Origin: Bacteroidales bacterium
GTDB taxonomy: Bacteria; Bacteroidota; Bacteroidia; Bacteroidales; F082
DNA: 64,000 bases
Assembly: GCA_023229135.1 (NCBI GenBank)
Contig: JALNZT010000006.1
Span: forward strand, 1,996-65,995
Direction of reading: 5' to 3'
A model generated the notes under the pieces. That model had not been told where the DNA came from. It saw only the letters and a program-made list of their open reading frames with translations, and searched no databases. This document shows, in pieces, positions 52,330-63,196 of the stretch (positions are counted from its first letter, which is position 1; the number at the start of each line of letters is the position of its first letter). The translations under genes and the position numbers were made by a program.

Positions 52330-55272
52330 TCACCCTTCCCGTGGATCTTTTTTTACGGGCATACGCGCCATTTTTTGCACTTCCAGCGTGGGATAACCAA
52401 ATTCCTGCACGATTTTACCCAGCAACAAATATATTCCTGCACCCTGAAAAGGATACTGTTTGAGCGTAGGTGGAAAATGCACGGTATCAAACAGCTCGCC
52501 TTTATAATCCATAAAAGTGCCAAAGTGCATCAGCTCGCCGCGAACGGTTTTCACGTATTTTATAGTTACCAGTTTGCCTAACATTCGTTTGTTTTGGCCG
52601 CTATGTTGCAGCATTTCTTCGGCAAACACCTCGCCCCTGAATTTGGTGATCAGCATCTCGAAATCTGTCATGCTCACCGGAAAGCCAATCAACTCAATTT
52701 CATCGTAAGCATCTTCAAGTGGTTCTGTATCAAGGCTTGGAAGCTGATATTGCCGTGCCTGTTCTTTAAATAGCAAAGCGGGTTGGTCGGTATTGTGGCT
52801 TTTCTTGCGATACAGGTGCGCCTCCCAAAGTAGGCCGGGTTTGGGCTGTCCCGTAAAAGCAAAAGCACCGATTCTGATGAGCAGGATAAGCTGTTCCATG
52901 CCGGGCTTTACACGATCTATAAAATCTTGTAAATCCTTATACTTTCCGCGTTTATCGCGCTCGTCAATGAGTTGGCGCACTAGCTTTTCCTCAGCGCCAG
53001 CTACATGCACAAACCCGATATATATGGTGGTTTCGAGTAGTGAAGTATTGTAGCGGCTGTAATTTACGCAGGGCAAATGGATAAATCCACCCTGACGGCG
53101 GGCTTCGTTAAAATAGACCCAGCTGTGGTAAAATCCACCAAAGTTATTGATAACGGCCACCTGAAATTCAAGTGGAAAATGTGCTTTGAGATACAGGCTT
53201 TGAAAGCTTTCCACTGCGTAAGAAGCCGAGTGGGCTTTGGAAAATGAATAGCCGGCAAAGGATTCAATTTGTCGCCACACCTCTTTTATAATAGCTTCGG
53301 GATAGCCGCGCTCCCTGCAGTTGCTAAAAAACCGTTCTACGATTTCTTCAAACTCATTTTGTTTCCGCTTTTTACCGCTCATAATGCGCCGCAGCACATC
53401 GGCATCGGCCAGATCCAGGCCGGCAAAATGATGACAAACCTTAAGCACATCTTCCTGATATACCATCACGCCATAAGTTTCCTGTAGTTGTGCCTTCATC
53501 ACCGGATGGATATAGTCGAAACTGTTGGGATGGTGAAAGCGTTGAATATATTCGCGCATCATGCCCGACTTGGCCACGCCTGGGCGGATGATAGAGCTGG
53601 CGGCCACCAGTGTGAGGTAGTTGTCGCATTGCAGCTTGCGCAAAAGGCCACGCATGGCCGGACTTTCAATATAAAAGCAGCCGTTGGTTTCGGCACGTCG
53701 CAGCTGGTCTTTCACCTTAGGATCGTCCTTAAATTGCTGCACCTGATGCACATCAATGGTGATGCGGCGGTTTTCTTTGATGATGTCGGCGGCTTCTTTG
53801 ATATGTCCGATGCCGCGCTGGCTCAGTATGTCAAGCTTTTCGTAGCCCAGCTCTTCGGAAACGTACATATCCCATTGGGTGGTAACAAAGCCTTTAGGCG
53901 GCATATCGAGGGCTACATAATTGGTGATTGGTTCCTCAGAAATGAGTATGCCACCTGCGTGAATGCTGCGCTGGTTGGGGAAGTCAACGATTTGCTGTGC
54001 CAGTTCGTGGATGTGTTGTGTGATTTTGTTGAGGGTGTGGTAGCGCACAGGATTGCTGACCAGCTCATCAATTTCTGCTTTGGGCAAACCATGAACTTTG
54101 CCTAATTCTCTGTAAATAGATTTCCCCCTGAAGGTGGAAATAGTGCCTAAAAGTGCGGTATGTTTATGGCCGTAACGCTTGAAAATATAATCAATCACCT
54201 CATCGCGTTCTTTCCAGGAGTAGTCGATGTCGAAATCGGGCGGACTGCTGCGCTTGGGATTTAGAAAACGTTCAAAATACAAATCCAGCTCAATGGGATC
54301 CACATCGGTGATGCGCAGGCAATAGGCCACAACGCTGTTGGCGCCGCTGCCACGTCCCACGTGATAAAAACCGCGCGACATGGAATAGCGGATCACATCC
54401 CAGGTGATAAGAAAATAGGCTGAAAAACCCAGCTTGTCGATGATAGCCAGCTCGTCTTCAACGCGTTGCTGCGCAATGGTATTTTCGTGTCCATAGCGAT
54501 AATGCAAGCCGTCGTAAGCCAGTTTGTGCAGCAGCTCTCGATCATCAGAAGCCTTTCCGGTGAAGGTCTTTTTGTTTTTGATGGTGTTGAAATCAAAATC
54601 TATCTCGCAATCGTTGAGTAGCTTTTCTGTGGTTTTGAGCAAGCCCGGATACAAAGCAAAAGCGGCTTTTAGCCGGAGTGGCAGCTGCATAAACTCATCA
54701 GCGGAAGCAAATTGGTCAGGATTTAGCTTGCTTAACAAGCTGTTGTGGTCGATGGCACGCAGATTTTGATGCACATACCAGCTTTTTTCGTCGCTGAAAG
54801 TTACGGGCTGCATCAGCACCAGCTTTTCCTGCTTAAAACGCAAGTCGGAATTTAAAAGCCTGGCAACCTGCGACAGCCGAACTCCCAAAAACTCATGCCC
54901 GCGCAGTTGTCCTGCTTTTTTGCTTCCTGCTGGATAAATCACATAAACCTGCTCAAAATCCGGTGCTGTTTCCGGGTAAGGTTCTTTACTTAGGTTGTGT
55001 TGGGTGAGCATCTCGTTCAGCTCCCTGAAACCAGCGTTGTTGATGGCCAACGCTACATATTGTAATTGGTCGCCATTGCGAAATTCCACGCCGGCAACTG
55101 GCCTGATACCTTGCTTGCGGCATTCGCGCACAAAATCGACCATGCCCATGCTGTTGTTGATGTCGGTGAGTGCCAGTGTTTGCACGCCTCTTTCTTTGGC
55201 CTGGCTCACCAAGGTTTCAACAGGCAGCGTGCCATAACGAAGGCTGTAATAGCTGTGGTTATTGAGATACAT
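52330..55272 (-). CDS. DNA polymerase III alpha-subunit family protein, short (~980 aa) DnaE2-like form
   Basis: The PHP domain starts MYLNNHSYYSLRYGTL..ALTDINN. The polymerase core has GRGSGANSVVAYCLRITDVDP and PDFDIDYS. I prefer ATG 55272 over the track start at 55314. Confidence 0.8.
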   Translation of the reverse strand: MYLNNHSYYSLRYGTLPVETLVSQAKERGVQTLALTDINNSMGMVDFVRECRKQGIRPVAGVEFRNGDQLQYVALAINNAGFRELNEMLTQHNLSKEPYPETAPDFEQVYVIYPAGSKKAGQLRGHEFLGVRLSQVARLLNSDLRFKQEKLVLMQPVTFSDEKSWYVHQNLRAIDHNSLLSKLNPDQFASADEFMQLPLRLKAAFALYPGLLKTTEKLLNDCEIDFDFNTIKNKKTFTGKASDDRELLHKLAYDGLHYRYGHENTIAQQRVEDELAIIDKLGFSAYFLITWDVIRYSMSRGFYHVGRGSGANSVVAYCLRITDVDPIELDLYFERFLNPKRSSPPDFDIDYSWKERDEVIDYIFKRYGHKHTALLGTISTFRGKSIYRELGKVHGLPKAEIDELVSNPVRYHTLNKITQHIHELAQQIVDFPNQRSIHAGGILISEEPITNYVALDMPPKGFVTTQWDMYVSEELGYEKLDILSQRGIGHIKEAADIIKENRRITIDVHQVQQFKDDPKVKDQLRRAETNGCFYIESPAMRGLLRKLQCDNYLTLVAASSIIRPGVAKSGMMREYIQRFHHPNSFDYIHPVMKAQLQETYGVMVYQEDVLKVCHHFAGLDLADADVLRRIMSGKKRKQNEFEEIVERFFSNCRERGYPEAIIKEVWRQIESFAGYSFSKAHSASYAVESFQSLYLKAHFPLEFQVAVINNFGGFYHSWVYFNEARRQGGFIHLPCVNYSRYNTSLLETTIYIGFVHVAGAEEKLVRQLIDERDKRGKYKDLQDFIDRVKPGMEQLILLIRIGAFAFTGQPKPGLLWEAHLYRKKSHNTDQPALLFKEQARQYQLPSLDTEPLEDAYDEIELIGFPVSMTDFEMLITKFRGEVFAEEMLQHSGQNKRMLGKLVTIKYVKTVRGELMHFGTFMDYKGELFDTVHFPPTLKQYPFQGAGIYLLLGKIVQEFGYPTLEVQKMARMPVKKDPREG

Positions 55273-55880
55273 AATCAGCAGCTTTTGAGCGTGAAACAAC
55301 AGACCGTAGAGCAAATAGCGGGAGAGGAGTGGTGAGGGATTTTCGGTAGCGGTTCATTATGAGTAGGAAAGCGGATAAATGATTAATATTGCGTCAAAAA
55401 TAACGATGTTAAGTTAATCATTTAAAAAAAGCTGTCAAGTAGAAATACGTTTTTTTTTGATAAAAACGGCTATCTCAATAGAAACCAAGCCTTCTGAATT
55501 TGTAAAAATTTTAGTAAAAAGAAAACAGGAAAATGCCGGCAACTAAAAAAAGTAATGCCAGAGTGTAATCTCATACTGAGAACTCCTGTCCTATCGTGAT
55601 CTAATAATGTCGCGACTTATCACGAAAGTAGAGCATGAGCGTCACGCAGGGAGGAGCTTCCTGTATGGGAAAACCTATGAACCCGTAAACTCTTAAAACT
55701 CTACGACAATTTTATTTAACGAACGAAAACTGCTAACAAACTGAATGTCTGTTGATAGGGTAGGAGCTTAGAATCTCATGCTTTATCAAAAAACCAACAG
55801 AATTGAAAGTGACAAGAAATTCGTTGAAGCAGAAAGACTTAAGAAAGAAATTGATGCGCTCGAAAAGTAATAAATACATA

Positions 55881-56897
55881 TTAAACGCCTGCCTGCCTGA
55901 AGCTTACAAGTTGTTGCTGCTGCTCATCCCACAAACGTAATTTTAGGGTATGAAAGCTATTCATCAAGGTTACAGGAACCAACTGATGAAAAGCCTCGTT
56001 TTCGTTGTGACAGCGTTCCAGCTTGTAGTTCGGGATTTTCGAGCTCAGGTGATGGATGTGATGAAAGCCAATATTTCCAGAAAACCATTGCAGCACTTTG
56101 GGTAGTTTCAGGTAAGAAGCACCGGTAATCGCTACTGTGCTGTAGTCCCAAACATCGTCGCGGTACCAATGCACATCAGGGAATTGATGCTGCACATAAA
56201 ACAAAAATACGCCTGCGGCAGCGGCAAAATAAATTATTCCGAGCTGAATCAGCAAAAAGGCCTTCAAGCCGATAAGCCAGCTCACGCCTAAGAAGAGTGC
56301 CAGCAATCCGAGATTGGTTAAATAAACGCTGATACGTTCGCGGCGGCTAAACCCCTTGCGGGCAAAGCGGTTACTGACCAAAAACATCAGCGGAGCTCCC
56401 ACCAAAAACATGATGATTGGATTGCGATAAACGCGGTACCAACGCTGTTTTCTTGGTGATAATTCCTTGAATTCTTCTACCGTTAAAGTCCAGACATCAC
56501 CAACGCCACGTTTGTCAAGGTTTCCGGAAGTGCGGTGATGAATCAGATGCGCATGGTGCCAGCGGTGATAAGGCGTAAAAGTGAGTACACCCAAAATAAC
56601 ACCAACAATATCATTAGCTATTTTTGACTTAAAAAAGGCGCCATGTCCGCAATCGTGGAAAATGATAAATAAGCGAGCCGTGAATCCGGCGGCCAAAACA
56701 ATTAACGGAATTATCAATAAAAAAGAAAACTGGATGAGATAGGCCATCGCTACCCAAAGGCCAATATATGGAAGTAAAGTATTGATAATCTGCCATATAC
56801 TCTTGCCAATGGCGGGGGTGTTATAGTTTCTGATAAGTTTAAGCAAAAACTTAAAGCCCACTTCTTGATGTGGTTGTGGTTGCATATTTTTCTGCAA
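55881..56897 (-). CDS. membrane fatty-acid desaturase
   Basis: 338-aa ORF with three His boxes: HDCGH, HRWHHAHLIHH and HHIHH. Confidence 0.85.
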   Translation of the reverse strand: MQKNMQPQPHQEVGFKFLLKLIRNYNTPAIGKSIWQIINTLLPYIGLWVAMAYLIQFSFLLIIPLIVLAAGFTARLFIIFHDCGHGAFFKSKIANDIVGVILGVLTFTPYHRWHHAHLIHHRTSGNLDKRGVGDVWTLTVEEFKELSPRKQRWYRVYRNPIIMFLVGAPLMFLVSNRFARKGFSRRERISVYLTNLGLLALFLGVSWLIGLKAFLLIQLGIIYFAAAAGVFLFYVQHQFPDVHWYRDDVWDYSTVAITGASYLKLPKVLQWFSGNIGFHHIHHLSSKIPNYKLERCHNENEAFHQLVPVTLMNSFHTLKLRLWDEQQQQLVSFRQAGV

Positions 56898-57123
56898 AGG
56901 TAAGTCGGTTTGGGTTTACATATCGAAGTATAAGCATATTTAAATATTTTTTAACAAGATTTATGCTCCTATCATTGCGGGAATTTTACAATTCGTGCTG
57001 TGATTTTTATCCTAATTTCTGAATTAATTAGATTCCTAATAATATAAGGAGTAAAAAACTGATGATTTCGGCAGAACCTCTATTTTTGCACACACCGAAA
57101 TACTACTTTCGTTTTTTTAAATT

Positions 57124-58506
57124 ATGCAAACAGCTAACTCACAGCACAAACGCTACGCCATCATTGATGTTGAAACCACCGGTTTGAAAGCCGGTCAGGA
57201 GAAGATTACCGAGATTGCGGTGGTTATTCACGATGGAAAGCAGGTGTTGGACACTTTTAGCTCACTTATAAATCCGGAGAAAAATATTCCTTACCGCATC
57301 ACACAGCTCACGGGCATCAACGATCAGATGGTGGTGGGCGCACCCAAATTCTATGAGATTGCCAAGCAATTGGTTGAACTTACCGACGACACCATTGTGG
57401 TGGGGCACAATGTGAGTTTCGACTACCGCTTTATTCAGGCTGAGTTTAAAAGTCTGGGTTACGATTTTAAGCGTCAAACTCTTGATACAGTAAGACTTAG
57501 TCGAAAATTAATTCCCGGGCAGCCTTCTTACAGCCTCGGAAAGCTTTGCCAGTCCATCAACATCAATATCGAGAACCGTCACCGTGCTCTTGGCGATGCC
57601 TTGGCTACTACCAAGCTTTTTGAGCTTCTGTGTAGCATGGAGGCTGAGCCGGAAAAGCTTAACTTGAAAGGAACAAACGCCAACCTGAGTCATTCGTTGA
57701 TTGAAAAACTGCCCGAATCGCATGGCGTATATTATTTTTTTGACCACAGCGGCAAGCTGATTTACGTGGGCAAATCGGTAAATATTAAGTCGCGGGTGTT
57801 GCAGCACCTGAGCAACAACGGCACCCGCCGCGCTATTGAGATGAAACAGAATATTGCTGATATTGATTTCAAACTCACCGGCAACGAATTGGTAGCTTTG
57901 CTGCTGGAATCAGACGAGATTAAGAAGCAAAAACCGGTTTATAACAGGGCACAGCGCCGGGCATTTTTTAATTTTGGGCTGTATCATTTTGAAAATGAAG
58001 CCGGTTTTTTATGTCTCAAAGTGGCCAAGACCATTGATAAAATACAGCCACATTATACCTATGCTTCGGCTGCCGAGGCGCGTTCGCATCTCTTTATGCT
58101 GAGCGAGCGTTTTCAGCTTTGTCAGGGCTTAAATGGTTTATACCCAGGCAACGGGCCTTGTTTTCAATTCCAGATTGGGCAATGTTTGGGTGCCTGCTGC
58201 GGACAGGAAAAGCCCGAAACTTATAACCAGCGCGTGCAGGAAGCCTTGGAACGCTATCATTTTGATTATGAGAACTTCTTGATAGTTGAACAAGGCACAT
58301 CCGAAGAGGAAAAAGCGGTGGTAAAAATTCAAAACGGTATTTACAGAGGATTTGGTTTTGTACCAACGGAAATGCTGCAAAACGGCTTTGAGTTGGCCGA
58401 TGAATTTATCCGTGTTTATCCTGACAATCGTGATGTGCGCCAGATTATTCAAAGCTATATGCGGAAGCATCCGAAGCTAAAAATCATTCCTTTCGATCAG
58501 GTTTAG
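57124..58506 (+). CDS. DnaQ-like 3'-5' exonuclease domain fused to a GIY-YIG nuclease domain
   Basis: YAIIDVETTG..GHNVSFDYRF..HRALGDA gives the ExoI-III motifs. These are followed by HGVYYFFDHSGKLIYVGKSVNIKSR (GIY-YIG). Confidence 0.8.
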   Translation: MQTANSQHKRYAIIDVETTGLKAGQEKITEIAVVIHDGKQVLDTFSSLINPEKNIPYRITQLTGINDQMVVGAPKFYEIAKQLVELTDDTIVVGHNVSFDYRFIQAEFKSLGYDFKRQTLDTVRLSRKLIPGQPSYSLGKLCQSININIENRHRALGDALATTKLFELLCSMEAEPEKLNLKGTNANLSHSLIEKLPESHGVYYFFDHSGKLIYVGKSVNIKSRVLQHLSNNGTRRAIEMKQNIADIDFKLTGNELVALLLESDEIKKQKPVYNRAQRRAFFNFGLYHFENEAGFLCLKVAKTIDKIQPHYTYASAAEARSHLFMLSERFQLCQGLNGLYPGNGPCFQFQIGQCLGACCGQEKPETYNQRVQEALERYHFDYENFLIVEQGTSEEEKAVVKIQNGIYRGFGFVPTEMLQNGFELADEFIRVYPDNRDVRQIIQSYMRKHPKLKIIPFDQV

Positions 58507-58592
58507 CAAGCTTTTCTAAACGAAAGAACTCACCAAAAAGCTTGATTTCCAAATTATTTTAGCTTTTTCGCCACTGCAATCCAAAATTATAG

Positions 58593-58600
58593 TATCTTTG
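58593..58600 (+). promoter_or_regulatory. possible -7 box TATCTTTG upstream of the RRM gene (implies a ~200-nt 5' UTR)
   Basis: It matches the TAnnTTTG consensus. No convincing -33 TTTG is seen. Confidence 0.35.
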
Positions 58601-58802
58601 CAGCGATTTCATGATTTGAGAATTTGCGATTTCGTTACTTATTTGATCTTTCGTTCAATTTTTCGTTACCCGCCTTGTTATTAAATCCTGATATTTTATA
58701 GATGTTACCAGTTGGTTGTGTAAATAGTTCTGTCAAATCTTGGCGAATTTTGTTTCTGACAGCAGGTTACAGATTTTTATTACTCATTTTAATTTTATTT
58801 AC

Positions 58803-59069
58803 ATGAACATTTATGTAGGAAATCTTGATTACAACATTAACGATCAAGATCTTGAACGTTTTTTCGCGGAATATGGTACCGTGGAATCAGCAAAAATTAT
58901 CATTGACAAATACAATGGCCGTTCCAAAGGTTTTGGATTTGTAGAGATGAGCAATGAGGAAGAAGCACAAAAAGCCATTAAAGAGCTTAACGGTGCAACC
59001 CTCGAAAACAGAGAAATGGTAGTTAACGAAGCACGTCCAAAAACGGAAGCACCCCGCCGTCGTTACTAA
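58803..59069 (+). CDS. RNA-binding protein (RRM domain)
   Basis: MNIYVGNLDYNI (RNP2) ... KGFGFVEM (RNP1). ATG 58803 lies inside the longer track ORF. Confidence 0.9.
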   Translation: MNIYVGNLDYNINDQDLERFFAEYGTVESAKIIIDKYNGRSKGFGFVEMSNEEEAQKAIKELNGATLENREMVVNEARPKTEAPRRRY

Positions 59070-59087
59070 TCAATCTTAAAAACTTAA

Positions 59088-59143
59088 AGCGGTTGGGGGC
59101 TGTGTAAAATATTGCAATAGCCGACCAACCGCTTTTTCTTTTG
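59088..59143 (+). terminator. rho-independent terminator after the RRM gene
   Basis: agcggttgg (59088-59096) pairs with ccaaccgct (59125-59133), followed by ttttcttttg. Confidence 0.65.
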
Positions 59144-59184
59144 ATTATTAAAATCGTATTTTTCACTAAATCTAAATTATATAC

Positions 59185-59637
59185 ATGGCAAGATCACAGG
59201 AATCAATGAACAAAAAAGCTGTAAGACAGAAGAAAGAAAAGAAACGTAAAGACAAAGAAAAACGTCGCCTGGAAAGCAAAGATCAGGAGAGTAGCAGCTT
59301 TGATGATATGATTGCCTATGTTGATGAATTTGGAAATATCACCGATACGCCGCCCGATCCTAACCAGAAAAAAGAAGAGATTGATCTTGATTCTATTGAG
59401 GTGAGCGTGGCCAAGAGCGACCCTAACGATAAGCCCGACCTCGTGCGCAAAGGCATTGTAAGTTTTTACAACGATGCCAAAGGCTTTGGATTTATTCGCG
59501 ACTTGGAAACAGACCAAAGGGTTTTTGTGCATACCTCAAACCTGTTAGAAGAGATTAAAGAGAATAATATGGTGAAGTTCGAGATTGGCAAAGGGCCAAA
59601 AGGGCCAACTGCCATGGAGGTTTCCGTAGTTCGCTAA
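59185..59637 (+). CDS. cold-shock domain protein with a Lys/Glu-rich N-terminal extension
   Basis: The C-terminal KGIVSFYNDAKGFGFIRD..VFVHTS is a CSD RNP1/RNP2 pattern. The N-terminal ~85 aa are highly charged. Confidence 0.85.
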   Translation: MARSQESMNKKAVRQKKEKKRKDKEKRRLESKDQESSSFDDMIAYVDEFGNITDTPPDPNQKKEEIDLDSIEVSVAKSDPNDKPDLVRKGIVSFYNDAKGFGFIRDLETDQRVFVHTSNLLEEIKENNMVKFEIGKGPKGPTAMEVSVVR

Positions 59638-59727
59638 AATCACCCATTTCTTTTAGCTAAGCTCAACGCTACGAAAATGCGTTAAATATGCTACTTTTGT
59701 TTTTGGAAAACCTTGAATTCTAAAACG

Positions 59728-61005
59728 ATGGGAGTGTATTACGCGCCAATCAAACCAGGCGATATTTATTTTTTACGCTTTGAAGCAGATAAGGCCTTCT
59801 TGGCTGATCGTGCGCTTTCATTTGATCAACTCGGACTGGCTGTTTTGCTAAAAACCTTTGAATCAAAGGCTTGCTGGCGTATAAGGGTAACACGCTACAA
59901 AACCGAAACGGCCTGTCTGCACGCCGAAATTCTTTCTTATTTTGCCAATAGCCCGGCATTGGATGAGCTTCCCGACGAGGAAACCAACGCGGCGCTAAAC
60001 CGTGTGGAACAAGTTAAGTTTCGGCATATTGATACCGACGGACTGCTGAAAAGTGCTGCCGGAAACCGATTGCCACGGATTGCGGTGCGTGGCATTTCAG
60101 AGATAGATGACGATGTCGACGAAGAAACGCAAGAAGAACTGCCGTTAGACAAATCCGATGACCAAAAAGCGACTTTTCAAATTCTTCAGAAACAATTTGA
60201 AGTGCCGATCAGTGCACTAAGGTTTCAGCTAGGCGCGGTGAGTTTTAACCATCAGTTTAATTTTTTTGATGAACCGGTAAGTTTTCTAATCCATAACTAT
60301 GAGCTGCGTGAAGAGTTTGATGCTGTAAAAAATTACTTCGCCAATGTGCTGAAAACCAATAATATTACTGTGATTGCAAAGCTTGAATTACACAACGACA
60401 CACTCACGGTTTTGGAAGCCAATTCGCCTGAAATCAGTAAAATTGACAAAAAACTTATCGAGAGTTTTCGTTTTGAGTTTGTGGCCGACATGAAAAAGAA
60501 AAAGTTTATGATCGACATCGACCAGTCGCTGTTTACCATGGACGAGCTTTTTGCCGCCTATGCAGATGATGGGTTCAATTCTAACACCTTTTTTCAGAAC
60601 GAACAGGATTTGATGGATAGCTTGCTGCAAATAACCGACACCAAACATTATCGCAACCTGCGCTATCTTTCCAGCATTCATGCGCATCATATTATGAAAC
60701 TGCGCTTTGTATTGCAGCCCTTTTCATTCGTGTTTTTGGTAGAAGGCGAAAAACAATATCACCTGATTTGGGAAACCCTCGACACCGAGGAAGCCACTTA
60801 TGTGTGGCATGCCGACAAAAACTTGCCGGCTTTGAAACAAAGTGCGCGCAAGTTGGAAGATATTCTGAGCGTGATAAAAGCGCAGGGTAAAATCGCTTAT
60901 ATCAACAGCAGTGAAGACCCTTTCCGACGTATTTACCACGATTATTCTGAGCTCGTTGACGGCTTCGTAAAATGGAAAGCCGAGCTGGAGCAATACCTGA
61001 GTTAA
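59728..61005 (+). CDS. hypothetical protein
   Basis: Long ORF with unbiased composition and no motif I recognise. ATG 59728 follows the TTG track start. Confidence 0.5.
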   Translation: MGVYYAPIKPGDIYFLRFEADKAFLADRALSFDQLGLAVLLKTFESKACWRIRVTRYKTETACLHAEILSYFANSPALDELPDEETNAALNRVEQVKFRHIDTDGLLKSAAGNRLPRIAVRGISEIDDDVDEETQEELPLDKSDDQKATFQILQKQFEVPISALRFQLGAVSFNHQFNFFDEPVSFLIHNYELREEFDAVKNYFANVLKTNNITVIAKLELHNDTLTVLEANSPEISKIDKKLIESFRFEFVADMKKKKFMIDIDQSLFTMDELFAAYADDGFNSNTFFQNEQDLMDSLLQITDTKHYRNLRYLSSIHAHHIMKLRFVLQPFSFVFLVEGEKQYHLIWETLDTEEATYVWHADKNLPALKQSARKLEDILSVIKAQGKIAYINSSEDPFRRIYHDYSELVDGFVKWKAELEQYLS

Positions 61006-61142
61006 GTTTTTATATAGATGTCGGAAAGCGAAACAGGATTTGAGTTTGTTTGCCTTCTTTTATTTCTATTTCACTTGATGTAGATGACCTCCGGCCTTTC
61101 CACAAAACTGTCTTATCTTTGTGCCTCAAAATGATTATCCGC

Positions 61143-63107
61143 ATGAAGCTTTCGATTGTAATTGTAAACTACAATGTAGAGCATTTCCTCGAGCAATGTT
61201 TGTACTCGGTGCGCAAGGCTGTCAAAAATTTGGAAGCTGAGGTATTTGTGGTCGATAACAATTCTGTGGATGGCTCCTTGCGTATGCTGCGCGAAAAATT
61301 CCCAGAAGTTATTCTAATTGACAACAAAGTTAATGTAGGTTTTAGCAAGGCTAATAATCAGGCTATCAGGCAATCGAAAGGTGAATATGTGTTGTTGCTC
61401 AATCCTGATACCGTGGTGGAGGATGATACTTTTACCAAAGTGCTTGACTTTATGGATGCACATCCCGACGCGGGCGGCCTGGGTGTGAAAATGGTTGATG
61501 GCAAAGGAAATTTCTTGCCCGAGAGCAAGCGCGGACTGCCAACACCTATCACTGCTTTTTACAAGATTTTTGGTTTTGCGAGCCTTTTTCCGCGCTCAAA
61601 ACGTTTTTCGAAATACCATTTAGGTTATCTAGATAAAAACCAAACCCACGAAGTTGATGTGCTTGCCGGTGCTTTTATGCTTATGCGCATGTCAGTACTC
61701 GACGAGGTTGGCCTGCTCGACGAGGCTTTCTTTATGTACGGCGAAGATATTGACCTGTCCTACCGTATCACGCTGGGCGGATATAAAAATTATTATTTCC
61801 CCGAGACGCGCATCATTCATTATAAAGGTGAAAGCACCAAGAAAAGTAGCGTAAATTATGTGTTTGTTTTTTACAATGCGATGATCATTTTTGCTCGGAA
61901 GCATTTTAGCCAGAAACGGGCCTCTACCTTTACTTTTTTAATCAATATCGCTATTTATTTCAGGGCTGCAATGGCTATTGGAGCGCGTTTTATCAAGCGT
62001 GCCAGGCTGCCTTTTGCCGATGCGCTTTTCGGCTTTGCCGGATTGCTGGCTATCAAAAATTATTGGGGAGAGTTTACCATTTATCGCGAAGGCGGCGACT
62101 ATCCGCTGGTGCTGGTGACAGTTGTGCTGCCCGCTTATTTGCTAATCTGGTTGCTGTCGGTGTTTTTCAGCGGAGGCTACGACAAGCCATTTCAGATTCC
62201 CAAAGCATTGCGCGGACTTGGCATCGGCAGTTTACTGATTTTGGTGCTTTATGCGCTGCTGCCCGAAAACTTACGTTTCTCGCGTGCTCTGATTTTGCTC
62301 GGAATGCTTTGGCTGGGTGCTGTTGTTAGTATCAATCGTTTTGTGGGCTACATGCTCAAGGCAGAAGGTTTTACTTTTGGTGGCGATCTGAAGAAACGTT
62401 TTTTAGTGATTGGCCATGCCGATGAGGCAATGCGCGTTGATAGCCTGCTGAAAAGTACTGCCATTAAACCTGATTTTATTGGCCTCGTGGAAACGGATTC
62501 GAAGACTACGCTACCCGATGAATTTATAGGACACATTTATCAGGTGCCTGAAATGATTCAGATTTATGGCATCAATGAAGTGATTTTTTGCTCCAAAGAT
62601 ATTCCACACCAGCTTATTATCGATAAAATGGTTGACTGGCACGCTGCCGGTGTTGACTACAAAATTGCACCCGAAGACAGTCTTTCTATCATCGGAAGTA
62701 ATTCGATAAATACACGTGGTGACCTTTATACAATAGGAATTGACGCTATTGATTCGCGTAGTAACAGGCGCAGCAAACGGCTGTTTGACGTGGTTTCAGC
62801 AACTTTGAGTATAGCTTCCTGGCCGCTTACTTTATGGTTTGTAAACAAACCTTTTGGATTTCTTGCCAATGCGCTTTTGGTACTTTGGGGCCGTAAAACC
62901 TGGGTAGGTTATTGTGGCAGCAATAGCGAAGCTGGGAAGCGGCTTCCTGTCATTCGCAAAGGCGTGATTTGTCCGGGATCAGTGTTCAAAAACTTCCGTG
63001 AAACCGAAGAAATGAACCAACGCATCAACCTTTTCTATGCCCGAGATTATAACGTTTGGAAAGATTTTGGGTTGTTTTTCAGAGCTTTCCGGAAACTGGG
63101 CAGCTAA
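61143..63107 (+). CDS. family-2 glycosyltransferase fused to a polytopic membrane / sugar-transferase-like C-terminal region
   Basis: MKLSIVIVNYNVEHFLEQCL..VVDNNSVDGS..LLNPD (GT2 DxD region). Several TM segments follow, and there is a KRLFDVVSA segment reminiscent of bacterial sugar transferases. Confidence 0.7.
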   Translation: MKLSIVIVNYNVEHFLEQCLYSVRKAVKNLEAEVFVVDNNSVDGSLRMLREKFPEVILIDNKVNVGFSKANNQAIRQSKGEYVLLLNPDTVVEDDTFTKVLDFMDAHPDAGGLGVKMVDGKGNFLPESKRGLPTPITAFYKIFGFASLFPRSKRFSKYHLGYLDKNQTHEVDVLAGAFMLMRMSVLDEVGLLDEAFFMYGEDIDLSYRITLGGYKNYYFPETRIIHYKGESTKKSSVNYVFVFYNAMIIFARKHFSQKRASTFTFLINIAIYFRAAMAIGARFIKRARLPFADALFGFAGLLAIKNYWGEFTIYREGGDYPLVLVTVVLPAYLLIWLLSVFFSGGYDKPFQIPKALRGLGIGSLLILVLYALLPENLRFSRALILLGMLWLGAVVSINRFVGYMLKAEGFTFGGDLKKRFLVIGHADEAMRVDSLLKSTAIKPDFIGLVETDSKTTLPDEFIGHIYQVPEMIQIYGINEVIFCSKDIPHQLIIDKMVDWHAAGVDYKIAPEDSLSIIGSNSINTRGDLYTIGIDAIDSRSNRRSKRLFDVVSATLSIASWPLTLWFVNKPFGFLANALLVLWGRKTWVGYCGSNSEAGKRLPVIRKGVICPGSVFKNFRETEEMNQRINLFYARDYNVWKDFGLFFRAFRKLGS

Positions 63108-63196
63108 ATTTGATCGAAAAATATTAATGCTTCAGCTCACGTGTTTTTTTATACCTTTGCGCCCTCTTAAACAGTACAAATAATTCTCTTTTCCAT

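Noticed and set aside
53488-54105. Long antisense ORFs inside core genes (205 aa in the dnaE homologue; also 42479-42892, 48250-48558, 40711-41112, 11231-11542 and others)
   Set aside because: They lie entirely within stronger opposite-strand genes that have clear family motifs. They are shadow ORFs.
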